Assembly: GCF_009914755.1 (NCBI RefSeq)
Contig: NC_060928.1
Source: the human T2T-CHM13v2.0 reference genome, Homo sapiens
Length of the DNA: 64,000 bases
Direction: 5' to 3' (one strand)
Shown here: piece after piece, positions 1 to 13,359 of the stretch
How positions within the stretch are numbered: position 1 is the first letter of the stretch
Layout of the letters: each line of letters begins with the position of its first letter
The notes under the pieces: generated by a model
Told to the model about the DNA's origin: nothing
Databases searched by the model: none
The model's input: only the letters and a program-made list of their open reading frames with translations
Position numbers and translations under genes: made by a program

Positions 1-2639
1 TACACTCACAGCTGACTGGGGATGGGGGAGGTCTCACGCTCACATACAGGGGCACCTGCCCATCCCGCCAGACAGATGGCCTCATGGGCTCTCCCAGCCT
101 GGACGACCTCCTCCCCAGGCCGTGCTGCCGTAGAAAGGGTGGGGCTCCCATGGGCCTTCCGCTGGGGAGGGCATCCAGAGATGGAAGATGCCTGGGCAGG
201 GGCATGAGAGGAAGTTCTGCCCCTAAAAATTCCTTCCCCTAAATGGTCAGGGCTGTGTGTAAAAACCCCAAAGGGCAACAGAATCCTGCCAGCTGATGAA
301 TCACTCACTCTCGTTTGTATTCTAAATACAACTGGGTCAGCGGTGGGGGCTGAGATACTCCAAACTGCAGATAATGACTTACATCTGAGTCAGAGCAGCC
401 TCCTCCCCAGCTCCTCAGCTCGCAGAGGGAGGCTGCTTACTACACCCAGAAAGATACCTCACACCCCCACGTGTCACTCGGCCTGTGAGGCTCTGTCCCC
501 ATCAGCTGGGTCGAGATGGCACCTTGACACCCTCAGTGTGCCCCTCTCCCCCCAGCCTCCTCCCCCTCCTTCCATCTTGGGGAAGAAGAATGAGATTGGG
601 GGTTGAGAAGCTTATTTGGGGAAAAACTCTGGAATGGGGAAAACGAGACAGGGAGGGCAGGAAGCCAATTCCAGGAGCCCCAGTGCTACTGTAGGCAAAA
701 GTTCTGTCTCCCCATCTCCCTGGGGGCCTGGGGGAGACCACCATGAGCAGCCTTGGAGTTGCCCACTCAGGGACACCCCTCCTCCCAGGCTTTCTTCTCA
801 TGCTGCTGCAGGCTGGGCCAGCTCTGGCAGTGGGAGGCTGCCGTTCAGTCCTCACCACAGGCCTGCCCAGTTTTCCTTGCCAACTCCCAACCCATCTTCT
901 CTTTTACCTCCACCATTTTCAATGCAGTCCTCCTGTTCCTCCTGGGAAGAGCGATAACTGCTTTGGAATGCATCTCCACCCTCCACCAAGCCGGTAGTCT
1001 TCAAATCCCGACCCTGATTACCTCACGGTCCGGCTTGCAACCCACCCTTCCTGAGCTCCCTCCAGGCTTCAGCCCACTCATCGCTACCCTGCTGCCGCCC
1101 TGACGTTGCCAGCCACTCCTTGGGCTGACTACCCCAACCCATGGCCCCTCACCCCAACCCTTGAGGATAGAACAGGTGCAGCCCCTCTACCTTGCTGGCC
1201 CCAGACCCCTTCCCCAGTGGCCTCCACACCTGGGGGCTAGGGCCTGTGAGGGCCAGAGCTGGGGCTGGGATAAGACCTCGAGACAAGCCCCAGAATTCTG
1301 CCACCACCCCTGGAGGAGTCCGGGGGCCTCTGAGGACATGAAGGACACCAGCCAGCAATCAAGGAGTCACACACGCGAGCAGACCCAGGACCCACGGACT
1401 TCGGCAAGTGACAGCATGTAACAGCACCCAGCCCTGCCAACACAGGGCCTGGTTCAAGGCCCAGTGGTGCCCATTTGAAGCAGAAGCTTTGGACTTGACC
1501 CGGGAGGCCATTCTACTCTGTCACACTATGCTCAGGTCCCACCAGCCCCCACCTCCCACCTGTGCACTGAGGCATCCTGCCCAGGAATAGCTGGTCTTTT
1601 TCTGAGAATCCTGTTGAATGGCAAACCTAAACATACTCCCCCCCGGCACCTGTACAATGTCTGTGCCGCCTTTGAGACTCGCTATAATACACAGGTCATG
1701 CAAACAAGCACACAGAAGCGACATTTCCGTAACTCTGTTATGCCCCAGGCAGCAACATTTACAATTAGTGAGCCCTGAGCCCCTCAAAGCTCTCTTACTT
1801 TCCTATGTCCTCCCAGTCTCAGGTGGGTGACGGAGGGGCCAGAGGTCACTACTCCAATTTACAGGTAGGCTGTGATGACCCTGGGTCCTGGGGCTTGGGT
1901 CTCAAGGCTTGCCACTGGTATCTCAGCTCCTGGCCCACAGTGAACCTGATGGAACATGCTAGAAGGTTGGAGATACCTGCCCAAGCAAAAAACATTTCAG
2001 CAGATGACGACACAACACTGATGAAGGGGCCTGCTGTGCCCTCCTTTAGCTGCCAACTGTCCCCGGGAACCCCAGAGAAAGTCTCAGGCGTCCTCCATGG
2101 TCCACCCAGGCCAAGTGAGCGTGAGCTTCCAGTCAGGGCACTGGCTTTGTAAATACTCCAAGTTCCTGCAAGCAACAGAGGCTGAAAGCTGTTACTGCTG
2201 TAACTGACCTGTGCAAATATAACTGGCCAGGGCCCTTATGTTCACTGGTGACTACAACTAAGGCCAAGGCTGAATGACAGCAAAAAACCTCAGCTCCAAA
2301 GCAGGAATGTAAACTTCTGCGACAACACAACGCCTTCTCCTAATTATCTTTTAAGGCCCAGGCAAAGGGCTTCTCCTCCAAGCAGCCTTCCCTGATGCTC
2401 CAAGCTAGAAATCATCTCTCCCACCCTGAACCCCCACCTTCCCTGACTCCCACCCCACTGCCCTCACTACTTTCCACCTTGGACTACACATCATTTGTGC
2501 CCCACCTGCCTTCTGCACTACGTGGACACCAGAGTGGGGAAGGTTCACACTTGATTCACCACAGCAGCTGCCAAATACCGACAAAGACCAGAACTTGGCT
2601 GGAGCCTGGTAGCTGTTTATCAAGAAACAAATCCCCACC

Positions 2640-2840
2640 GGCCACTTACTATTCACTCTCAGACAGGCCCTGGGTGGGCCCCTCAGTGGATTCTCTTTGA
2701 AACCTCACAACACCTGCTGTAAGGAAGGTAACCTCATAATCCCACATGACAAAGAAACCAAGGCAGACACTGGGCGATACGCCCCAGGCCACCCAGCTGT
2801 TAAGTGGCAGCGCCAGACCTGAACTCAGGGCCAGTTGCTG
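2640..2840 (-). mobile_element. MIR SINE remnant
   Basis: Degenerate MIR motifs: aacctcacaacacc...gaaaccaaggcagac...ggccacccagctgttaagtggcag...gacctgaactcagg. Confidence 0.6.
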
Positions 2841-3339
2841 ACTCACCTGGGTTATGAGCATATAACTAACAGCACGGTGAGTCAAGGGAGGTAACAAATG
2901 CTCAACACCTTCACACAATCCCAGGTCACGTCACTGCAAATCAGGGACCATATGTGGCGGCCTTTACTCCTCCCTGTGGTTTTGTTGTCTTCCTTACGGT
3001 TGGTCTCAATGTTAGTGTGATTCTTTAATACAGAGAATAAAGTCTGCACTGGCCAACCAGCTGTGTGCTTCCAAACAGTGTACAGGCAGCTCCTTGAGCT
3101 GGCTGAGGACGGGGTGGTCACTCACAGGCCGCCATGCCCTGAACGACTTTCCCCTCCTGCCTCCCAGCTCGGCCTCAGATGCCTTGAAACAGGCCTGGGG
3201 GTACTCACCGTGTGGCCCTGCACAGCAGCACCCCTCATTGGACTACGTGTGAGCGGGACACCACCACCTCCGTTTTCAGTCTTCCCCTCTCCTACTCCCC
3301 ACCCAGGGCCCACCAGGGCCTTAACTGATGAGTTGCAAA

Positions 3340-3500
3340 GGTAGACCTGGGGGTGGCTCCCAGGGTTCAAATTCCAGCACCTTCCAGAGGTTCAGCATCC
3401 TCACCTCTCAAAAGAGAGATGAGGGTATCCACCCAACAGGGCAGTCATGAAGACAAGAGCAGAGGTCCCTGCCAGGGCCCAGACAACCTTCTGAAGATGC
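3340..3500 (+). mobile_element. MIR SINE remnant
   Basis: gggttcaaattccagc...cagcatcctcacctctcaaaagagagatgaggg resembles the MIR B-box and core. Confidence 0.45.
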
Positions 3501-4313
3501 TTTACGAATTAGCTCCGTTAAATCTTACACTGATCCCATGATAACATTCCTCCCACTCTCGCAGGCATGGAAACAGAAGAGGCAAGCACACCAAGTTTCA
3601 GCCACAGACCAGCACAAAATACACTCAACAAAGAACAGAGAGGTGCTCAGGGGTATACACTGGATTGGACAGTGGGGCGGGGGTAGGGGTGGGATGCTGG
3701 CCTTTCCCTGGAGAGCAGGCAGGACCCATACGTAGAAGTGACAAGCAAGGTGACGAAAGCTAAGGACCCACAGGTCTAAGGAGCAGGCACATCGCCAGGG
3801 CAGGGAGTGCCCGCCCATCACTGAGACGGCGAAGAGACGCACACAGGGCCCTTTCCTGTGTCCACAGCTGTCCCTAACAAGGGCCTTGCAGAAGGTGGAG
3901 GTCACTCTCCAAAGAAGCATCTCCAACTACTCTTGGGCAAGGCCATCTCTCCAGTAGTCTTACGCATGAGGCTAAACCTCTTCTCTTACCTCAAAGATGG
4001 CTTCAGTATCCCTCCCGTTACCTCCAACAGGGCAAGAAATGTACCAAAAGCAACACACAGGAGGCCACAGTGGGGCTGAGAGGACCCAGGTACACATGCT
4101 GTTTCCTGCCTGGTTTCTCCCCACCTCTGCCGTGTGTCTCAACGCTCCTCCTGGAGAACTCTTATTCATCCTTCAAGACCCAACTCAAATGTGCCACTTC
4201 TCCAGCAGCTGTCCCCGCTCTGTGGCACAGCTGGCTCCTCCCTCACATTCCCAGAGCACCCAGGGCATTGTTCTTTTGAAGCACTTAACCTGGTGCCTTC
4301 GAAGGTTCTTTAC

Positions 4314-4508
4314 CAGAGTTTTCAACCTTGGTACCCCTGGCATTTGGGGCTGGACAGTTCTTTGTGGAAGGACGGCCATGTACCTTGTCGGATGTTTGGC
4401 CACATCCCTGACTTCAGATACCAGTGGCACAAAAATGTCTGCAAACGTTGCCAGATATCCCTCAGGGGAATGAGGTGGGGGAAATTACCCCTCCCTGAAA
4501 ATCACTGA
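4314..4508 (-). mobile_element. MER20 (hAT-Charlie) DNA transposon
   Basis: cagagttttcaacct...ggctggacagttctttg...aaaaatgtctgcaaacgttgccagat...gaaaatcactg is colinear with the reverse complement of the recalled MER20 consensus, including both TIR remnants. Confidence 0.75.
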
Positions 4509-6359
4509 TTTTAATCCTGGTCCTCTGTGGCTTAGGGTATGGCTTGCCAAGACAGGGGTTTAGTGAACATGTGTGGGAAACGTGAGAGCCAGAGATGGCT
4601 GCACCACGCAACGGAACCTGCGCTGACGCCGCCTTCATCTTTGAGCAGCTTCCTAATTGGCTTCCCTGCCTCAGATCTCAGATACAGAACTTCTTACCGT
4701 AGGCTGGATCTGATTACTTGTCTGTGAGACCTCTGAATGGCTCCAGTGGCCTTCAGAGCAGGGCTGCGCTATGGTAGGGCTGTGTGAGCCACCTGCCACC
4801 ACTGCACACCAGCACCTCTCAGCCTGGGTCCTGTCCACTCCCCTCACGCTCAGTGCCACAGTAACAGCCCATAAGCACCCGGCCCTTCGGTCCTCCCAGA
4901 TGTGGTCCCATCTGCAGAAGCCCAGCGTCCTGACTGGCACCTGCAGCCACTCAGATTCTCCTGAGATGAAGGCCCCCCACCACCCTCTGCTTCCCCTGCC
5001 GTCAGGTGGTCAGACTGAAGGCCTAGAGGTTCCTGGCTCTGCACCTGGCAGGCGCTGCTGCCAGCTCGTTTGCACCCAGGTGATAATCCAACGCACCACT
5101 TCCTTCTGCCACCTAGAGTTTATTTCACTCCCACCCAGGACAGTGAGCTCCATGTGGGCAGGGCCTCCATCCTGCACCCCCACAGGCCAATGGCCATCTG
5201 GATACACGCAGGTAGTCAGCAGGCGTCCAATTCCGGAGAAGCAGCTAGGTCAGTCCTCAAGCCCTCTGTCATGCCACCATTACCCCCAACCCGCAGGAAA
5301 CACAGGTGAGTCCTCTGCATGTGAATGGTGGCAGCTCACACCAAGGGAAACCAAGAGTGAGCCCAATACCCTCCCCAACCCCCCACTTGGTCTGCCCCCT
5401 GTTCAAGGAGAAAAGTCCACTGATACTGCGCCTGGGTTCCCAGCAGTGTCAAATTGCTATAAACCTTGCACTCCCGGAAACTCAATTTTATAGACATCAT
5501 TTTTCCAAATGTGTATTTTAGTTCTGGAATCTAGGAACTGGATACTTTAAAAACCAGGCCCCAAACTTGCCTGCATAGCAAATCTGCTGGCTGCCTGGCA
5601 GCACACAAGAGGGCCTCTGTTGTGAGGCAAAAGTTGCTTTTTTTTTTTCTTTTTCTAAACAGGGACTACTGGCACTACTGGCATTTTAGGCTGGGTAATT
5701 TTTATTGTAGGATGGTCCCGTGCCCTGTTTAGAATCACAAACAGGTTCGTTCACAGCCATTGGGGGTGACCCTTCCCAGTCTTTGCACAGAGGTCATAAG
5801 AGGCAGAGGTGATGCAGGCAGGGTAAGGAAACTTAGAAGGAACCACCCCAGACCTAAGGAGGTACCAGCACCTGCAGGAAGCCTTCCTTAGACCCCCGAA
5901 GCACAGACTATCCATCCCTTCTCCGTGGGGAACTAATGTCTCTCAAACACAGTGTACATATGGTTCACTGGAATCCCCTTCTTGGAGCTCTCTCCTTCTG
6001 GAATATTAGTTTCTACATGGCCACCATTATAGTCTTTCACTCTACAGAGGAGAGTTGCCTCTCCAGGTGAGGCAACGAGATGTGTTGAAATAAACAGGTA
6101 AGAAACACCCTTTTTCTACAAGTTTAAGAAGTGCCATTATGCTGGGTTCACAAAACAGCTTTTAAGTCAACAAAATAAATGACAGAGGGGGCTCCAAGTG
6201 CAAAGCTGGCAACGGTGCTCGCCTCTTAGGTATGAAAGGCGATTCCACAAAATTTAGGTCCGGCAATCTACACTGAGCTGAGCTTTCCTTGTTCTCATGC
6301 AGTAAGACCTCAGTGGCTGCCTATTATCTTCACGACACAGCCTGGTTTTCCAGGCTTTT

Positions 6360-7520
<1,161 letters not shown>

Positions 7521-9372
7521 TTCCATGATCTGGTCCTCCATTTCTTCCCTCTTCCCTCCCTGAGCCTGCATTCCAAACAGACCATCATCCTTCCTGAACG
7601 GTCATGCCAATTCATGTCACTTTTTTTTCCAAGAGTACTTTGCCCTAAAAAAAATCATACCCACCTTTACTTGAGTACCCAGTCCACCCATCCAACTAAC
7701 AAGAGACTCAGTGCCTGATCTACATCCAGCCCAGGGAGGGCTATATTAGTAGCATCTCGTGCTGACCTGGCATTGCAGAAACTTAAAAATAATTGAGAAG
7801 GGAAACAGGGTAACCCCTGAGAAGAAAATGGCAAACCACGGGGAAGGGGTAAGAATACAGAGCTCAGAAACAGGCAGAATGGGTTTCACAAGCTGGGAAA
7901 TGCTTTCTGCAAAGGGGTGCCTGTCCCTGAATGACCACTCCATTAGAAGCAGCTCCAGTTACTGGCCTGCCTCACCTTGCTAAGTCTGACTCCTCTTTAG
8001 AGTAACGGACCCATGTGGGGTGGAAAGAGATGCTACAGTTTAAGAAGCTATCACAGGGCCAGATGCACAGCAGGTACTTTATGTGAGGCCCCCTCCCTGG
8101 AAGTCAATGTGGACTGCAACGACAGGGAAGGCCTGGTTAGGGGCAAAACGAAATATCCTACTGCTCTGTATCCGAGGACGTGTTAGTGGATTTTATTTGC
8201 CAAACTACTAAATATCTCTTTAGGGTTGTCTCAATTTTTATTTTCTCAAAAGCCTCAGGACCTGCCTTCGGAGACTTCCAGATCATTACCATTAGATCCC
8301 TGGTGATTTTCTCCAGTTCTAAGCAAGGCCCTTCGGCTTTCTAGGAATCTGTGTGACTAGCAAGTTGTTAGCACCTTCAAAGCACATTCACACCCGCCCA
8401 CCCCCTCATTTGAGGGGCCCAGCAATCCAGGGCAGGTAGAGCTCTGTCTTCCAGCAGAGGAACAGCAGCGACTGCCTGGGTTAACGAGACAGATGCGGGC
8501 AGAGCCAGCAGCTCTTCGGACCAAGAGGCTTCTCCTTTCACAGAGAAGGAAACTGAGACCCAGAGACCCCTTCATTCCCTCAGCCAGTTGCTGGCCTCCT
8601 GGAGGGCAAGTGTGTCCGATCAACAGTCCCAACCTACCAAGGGAAATCAGGCTGACTTTAAGTTGACAACCCTTGTATGCCTATGGCATCAATCAAAACA
8701 TACATCTTTGTGCCAGCCGCCCCCACTAAGCACAGCACAGGAGAAATCACCCAACGGCCGGGCCGGCACCTCCAACTCCCACCCCACCAATTCCATCACT
8801 CAGGCTGAGGAAGGGAAAAGCAAAATTTAAGCGTGTAACCCAGGAAGGGAGGGAGACTGACAGACTGGGTCACCCCAACAATTACAGAGGAATAACATGA
8901 ATTTGCAAGGATTTCCCAAGGAGCTGGCTCTAGAAGCCTTTTCAGCCTGGGTACCGGAGGCTTGCAGAGAATGATTCATGGGAAAACACTGCTTCCTGTT
9001 TTTGCTTTGGGGCTTAGATCCATGGTGGCAGATCTGGCTGGCCCAGAGGCCCGGGTGTTTTTCCGGGCTCTGCCATACTGGAAGACCAGGGTATTAACAG
9101 CGAGTTAGCTGAGTGCCATTCCATTCAGCAAGGGCTCAAAGTGCACCAGGCACCGCTGGGCTTGAGGGACGCCAGCAGCTCATTCATTCCATCTGCCCAG
9201 CCAGCAGGCGAAGCGAGAGTGGTCATCATCTCATCATCTGTTTTACAGACGAGAAAACTGGGGCTCAGAGATGCCCAAATCGCCAATCTTCTCAAGGTCA
9301 CGCAGCGGCCGACCGGGTCAGTCTGATCCCTCAAATCCGGAGCCCTTGCTTTTAAGGAATGAACTAATCTAA

Positions 9373-9462
9373 TCTCCCATCCACGTACTAACCAGGCCTG
9401 ACCGTGCTTAGCTTCCAAGATCAGAGGCGATCCGGCGCTTTCAGGGTGCTATGACCGTAGAC
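9373..9462 (-). pseudogene. RNA5SP155: 5S rRNA pseudogene, 3'-truncated (~90 of 121 nt), probably RNA5SP155
   Basis: Minus strand GTCTACGGTCATAGCACCCTGAAAGCGCCGGATCGCCTCTGATCTTGGAAGCTAAGCACGGTCAGGCCTGGTTAGTACGTGGATGGGAGA is colinear with 5S rRNA nt 1-90. The symbol is from memory of the locus. Confidence 0.9.
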
Positions 9463-9690
9463 AGAAACGAACTAAGACTCAGTTTCCTCATCAAGAAGGA
9501 GCAGACAAGGACCTGGGTGAATCTGAGGCCGGCTTCCGGGGCTCCGAGGTGTGGCTCCCGGTAGAGGGGGCGTGGCGCCCTCACCCTCCCCGGGCCAATG
9601 GGCAGGAGGTGAGAAGTGGAGAGGAAGGCGAATTATCCCATCCCAAGGTGGCTCCGGAGCAGAACCGCGCCCGGGGTAGGGGGTACTCAC

Positions 9691-9812
9691 GTCGATGTTC
9701 CTTAGGATGACGCACTTTCCATTGGTGTACAGAAAATTGTTGCCCTTAGGGTCGCCGCCGATGATCTTGGAGACGCCCCTCTCCACCTGCGGGAGGCTGG
9801 CGAACACCTTCT
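9691..9812 (-). CDS. WDR1: WDR1 coding exon 2 (122 nt), (K)[40 protein letters not shown]
   Basis: Acceptor ctccgcag| at 9813-9820 and donor |gtgagt at 9685-9690. The peptide matches the known WDR1 N-terminus. Exon 3 lies outside the window, left of base 1. Confidence 0.97.
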
Positions 9813-10228
9813 CTGCGGAGACACAAATGCGGCGGGGCATGTCAGGGCAGGGCGGGGACGGCGGGGACAGAAGGGAGAAGGAGCCCCGGACCGGTCTCGG
9901 CCGGTCACCTGTTGACTGCGCCGGGAGGGCGGCCTCCACTTTCCACGAGCGCCAGGAACCGCGCGACTTCCTGGTCCGCGCCCCGGGCCAGGCCCTTGGG
10001 GGCAGCGGGGCTCCTCCGGCTCGGCCCACGGCGCCAACTTGGGGGCGCACCCCCCGTCGGGGGTCCCGCCCTGCACCACCGAGGGCGGCCCCGCCACGCC
10101 TCCGGCCGGCGCCCGCACCCCTCCCCCGCGCCGAGGACTCCCCCGCCACCCGCACGGCGCCTAGGGGCCGGGGACCGGGGCCGGGGCAGCGCGGCGGCCG
10201 CTCGGGGGCCCCGCGCCGCGGCACTTAC

Positions 10229-10244
10229 TGATCTCGTACGGCAT
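10229..10244 (-). CDS. WDR1: WDR1 (AIP1, actin-interacting protein 1) coding exon 1, encodes MPYEI plus the first base of K
   Basis: Minus strand reads gcgaggATGCCGTACGAGATCA|gtaagt: A at Kozak -3 and a canonical GT donor at 10228. The 16 nt join in frame to exon 2 to give [18 protein letters not shown]. Confidence 0.97.
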
Positions 10245-10487
10245 CCTCGCCCACTTGTTACCGCGCCGCGCTCGCCGAGAGCCTCCGGGGCCGGCCCGCG
10301 CTGCGAATTACACCTCGCCGAGGCCGAGCCCGGGGACTGGAGCCGGAAGGCGGCACCGGGCGTGCCGGGAGTGGAGTGGGCGGTCCGAGGCCGGGGCTCA
10401 GAGGCCAGCTCGCGCCTGCCCTGCGCGCTGTGGTTGCGGACGCCCCGAACCCGGAAGCGCGGTCCCGCGCGCGGCTCGCCCCCAGCT

Positions 10488-10505
10488 TTGACCATATATA
10501 GTCAA
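10488..10505 (-). promoter_or_regulatory. TATA-like / CArG-like element inside an 18-bp near-palindrome; WDR1 TSS expected around 10460-10470
   Basis: ttgacCATATATAgtcaa. The minus strand reads CTATATATGG, one mismatch from the SRF CArG box CC(A/T)6GG. It is a short AT island within the CpG island, ~250 nt upstream of the ATG. Confidence 0.6.
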
Positions 10506-10604
10506 GCGCTCGGCTCGGCGGCTGCGGTCCCGGCGAGCCTGCGCGGACCTGGCGCTCCCCTCCCCCGCCGGCCCCGGCCCCGCCCCCGCCTTGCTCGCCC
10601 CGCC

Positions 10605-10617
10605 CCGGAAGTGACGT
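10605..10617 (+). promoter_or_regulatory. Composite ETS-CRE motif CCGGAAGTGACGT (GABPA + CREB type)
   Basis: Exact overlapping ETS core CCGGAAGT and half-CRE TGACGT, as found in housekeeping and bidirectional CpG promoters. Confidence 0.7.
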
Positions 10618-10910
10618 ATAGCACGCCCCGCGGGCCCTTGAAAAGGCGGCGCAGACGAGCAGCCGCGTCAGAATGCTTCTGGGAGTTGGGGGGTGGGTTC
10701 CTTTCTGTTGCTAGCTTGTAGGAGAAGCTGGGCTGTAGGAAGTTTATTTGCGGGGGGGTCTTAAAGACGCTGAAAGTACTGGCGGGCTTTGGTGGGGGTC
10801 TGGAAAAACCTCTCTGTACCTGTGACCGCGTTGCGTGGCGGGCGCTCCCCGGCCTCTCCTTTTTGACCGGTCCCGGGCGTTGCCCAGCCGCCAGTCCTCC
10901 TGCTCGGGTT

Positions 10911-12120
10911 TTGTAAGCAGGAGAGGGATGCTTTTTACGTCTTCTTAAAGTACGGTTAAGTGCCCTTGCTTGAAGTAGTTGCTGGCAACAAGAACGTAGG
11001 GGTTACTCTTTGTTGGGCCTGAACTCGTGCTTTTTCTCTCAAAAGTTGAGCTTTTGAAAGGCAAAAAAGGCGTGGGGGATGGGGGAGCTGTCGGTCTTAA
11101 GGAAGTTAAAGGTTATTTCCTAAGCAAAACAAGTCTCACTCCTAAAACCAGGGTAGTGGCTCAGTTGTGGCGGGAGAGCAGGGGCTGTAAAGTGTCCAAG
11201 TTTCTAGTCTCATCTTTCAGTAGGATGGGTACAAGCTTTCCCCTTGGGGCTCTGGGGGCTGGGAGGGTTGTAAAAGTGGGAGAAAGCAAAGTATTTGGCG
11301 GGGTGCGGGCGGGTAGCTGAATGTTGTTGTAAGTGGAAGAGGAATGCTGTTGGCGTCCTTCTCTAAGCACGGTTAAGTGCTTTTTCTTGAAGTAGTTGCT
11401 GGCAACAGGAACGTAAGGGTTACTCTTTGTTAGGCCTGAACTCGTGCTTTTTCTCAAAAGTTTAGCTTTTGAAAGGCAAAAGTGGGGGTGGGGGCGCTGC
11501 TGCTTTTAAGGAAGTTAAAGGTTATTTCCTAAGAAAGCAAAACAAGCCCCACTTTTAAAACCCGGGTAGTGGGTCAGCTGGAGAGCAGGCGCTGTGAAGT
11601 GTACAAGTTTCTAGTCTCATCTTTCAGTAGAATGGGTACAAGCTTTCCCTCGGGGCTCTGGGGGTGGGAGGGTTGTAAAAGTGGGAGAAAGCAAAGTACG
11701 TGGGTGGGGGGTAGCTAAATGTTGTTGTAAGCGGGAGATGGATGCTTTTGGCGTCTTTTTTTAAGCACGGTTAACTGCCCTTGAAGTAGTTGCTGGCAAC
11801 AACGTAGGGGTTACTCTGCTGGGCCTGAACTTGTGCTGTTTCTCTCTCTCAAAACTTAAGCTTTTTAAGACGCAAAGGCGTGGGGAGAGGGGTAGGGGAA
11901 CTGCTACTTCTAAGGACGTTAAGGGTTACTTCAGAGCAAAACAAGCCCCACTTCTAAAACCAGGGCAGTGGCTCAGTTGTGGAAGGGAGAGCAGGGAATG
12001 TGAAGTGTCCAAGCTTCTAGTCTCGTCTTTCAGTAGCGTGGGTACAAGCTTTCCATTGGGGCTCTGGGGGCTAGGAGGGTGGTAAAAGTGGGAGAAACCA
12101 AAGTACTTGCGGGTAGCTAA
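10911..12120. repeat. Three tandem diverged copies of a ~400-bp unit (10911-11326, 11327-11724, 11725-12120)
   Basis: Each copy starts ttgtaag and shares acggttaa, gaagtagttgctggcaac, gggtacaagctttcc, taaaagtgggagaaa and gggtagct. Confidence 0.95.
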
Positions 12121-13359
12121 AAACTCTGAAACCCACGCTGTGAGCGGTTCCTGCTTCTCTGAAAGGTCTGTTCTGCTTAAGGTTGTATCAAGGTTAGTCT
12201 CTTGCTACCTACTTCCGTAGAGCAGTCTCTCGTGGCTCACCTGGGTTAGTGGCCATGTTGCCTGTCTCCTATTCTTCCTAACCTTGTGTGTTCTCCAGGT
12301 AGCTGAGTGATCCATCCGAAGTAAAATATTCCTGAGCTTGTCTGTAGGGGCTCCAAGTTTCATGAAGTAAAAGCTAGTCTTGAAAACGGCCCATTAGGGT
12401 CCTGGATGACAGTCTCCGGGTCACTTAGACTCCGTTGTCCGCCTCCCCTCATCTGTATCATCTTTGCCTTGGGTACTGGCTTCGGAGGGTGTTTTCCTGA
12501 AACTCTTACCTGAGATCTACTTAGCTGACTCCTGTGTCCTTCAGAAGTACTTAATTGCTCAAATGTCAGTTGATGAGTGTCACCGGTCTCATTTTAAATT
12601 GCAACTTCAACTCCTTGCAAACACTGCTTCTCATTCCCGCGTTCCCTAACTTTAACTCTCAGGAATAACCCTGACACCTGGAAGATGCTCCTAGGGATGA
12701 CCCCACTCCCCACCCACAACTGTTAATCAGGAAATAACGGATATGAAAGTAGCTCTGCGAACTGAGGAGCCGTGGAGAATGTACAAAACAGATTCCTAAA
12801 GTAAGATACGCAGGCCCGGCTTGTAGGCCGCTGCATCTGCTTTGATAACTTAGAACTCATCAAATCACCTTGAGACCCTTAAAACAAATGGTATAATTGC
12901 ATTCACAGGTAGTGCATTCGTGTAACAAGATTAAGAAAACGAAGGACCAACTTCAAGCTCTTGCAAGCTGGTAACCTTTACACTCGTGCATAAAGCCTTG
13001 CTGGAGTTGACACTGAAAACTAAACAGTCGAACTTGAGTAAAACATATCCAAACTCCCAGCTGCTGGGCTCTACAGCTTATTTTTAGCTTGAAAGTTACA
13101 TGTTGGAGCTGCAGAGGCTTTATGGTGGTGGTGGGGGAGCTGTTTGTTCGTAGTCACTTGAGTCTATATGAACGTGGCAGGAAATCTGAAGGATTTGAAA
13201 GGAAAATGGGAAACACCGGGGTGTTCCAGGATTTTCCCTGTGGGGCGAGCTCAGTTTGGTGTTGTCAGCTGTGGGAGCTTTAACACTTGAACCGTCTTTA
13301 CTGTGGGTCTAGCCTATTCGTTGGGCTCCCCTAGTCACCACTCATGCCTTCGTGTATCC

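Larger units (their letters stand above)
9480..10900. promoter_or_regulatory. CpG island covering the WDR1 promoter, exons 1-2 and intron 1
   Basis: Very high GC and CpG density by inspection, with multiple GC boxes (ccccgccc) at 10560-10606. Confidence 0.92.

Noticed and set aside
4771-5493. 240-aa plus-strand ORF in WDR1 intron 2
   Set aside because: It is antisense intronic, has low-information P/S-rich composition, and has no recognisable domain.
9472-10721. Long ORFs (178-269 aa) on both strands across the CpG island
   Set aside because: These are stop-poor GC-rich artefacts. Only the exon 2 portion of 9472-10224 is real WDR1 coding sequence, and intron 1 (416 nt) is not a multiple of 3.
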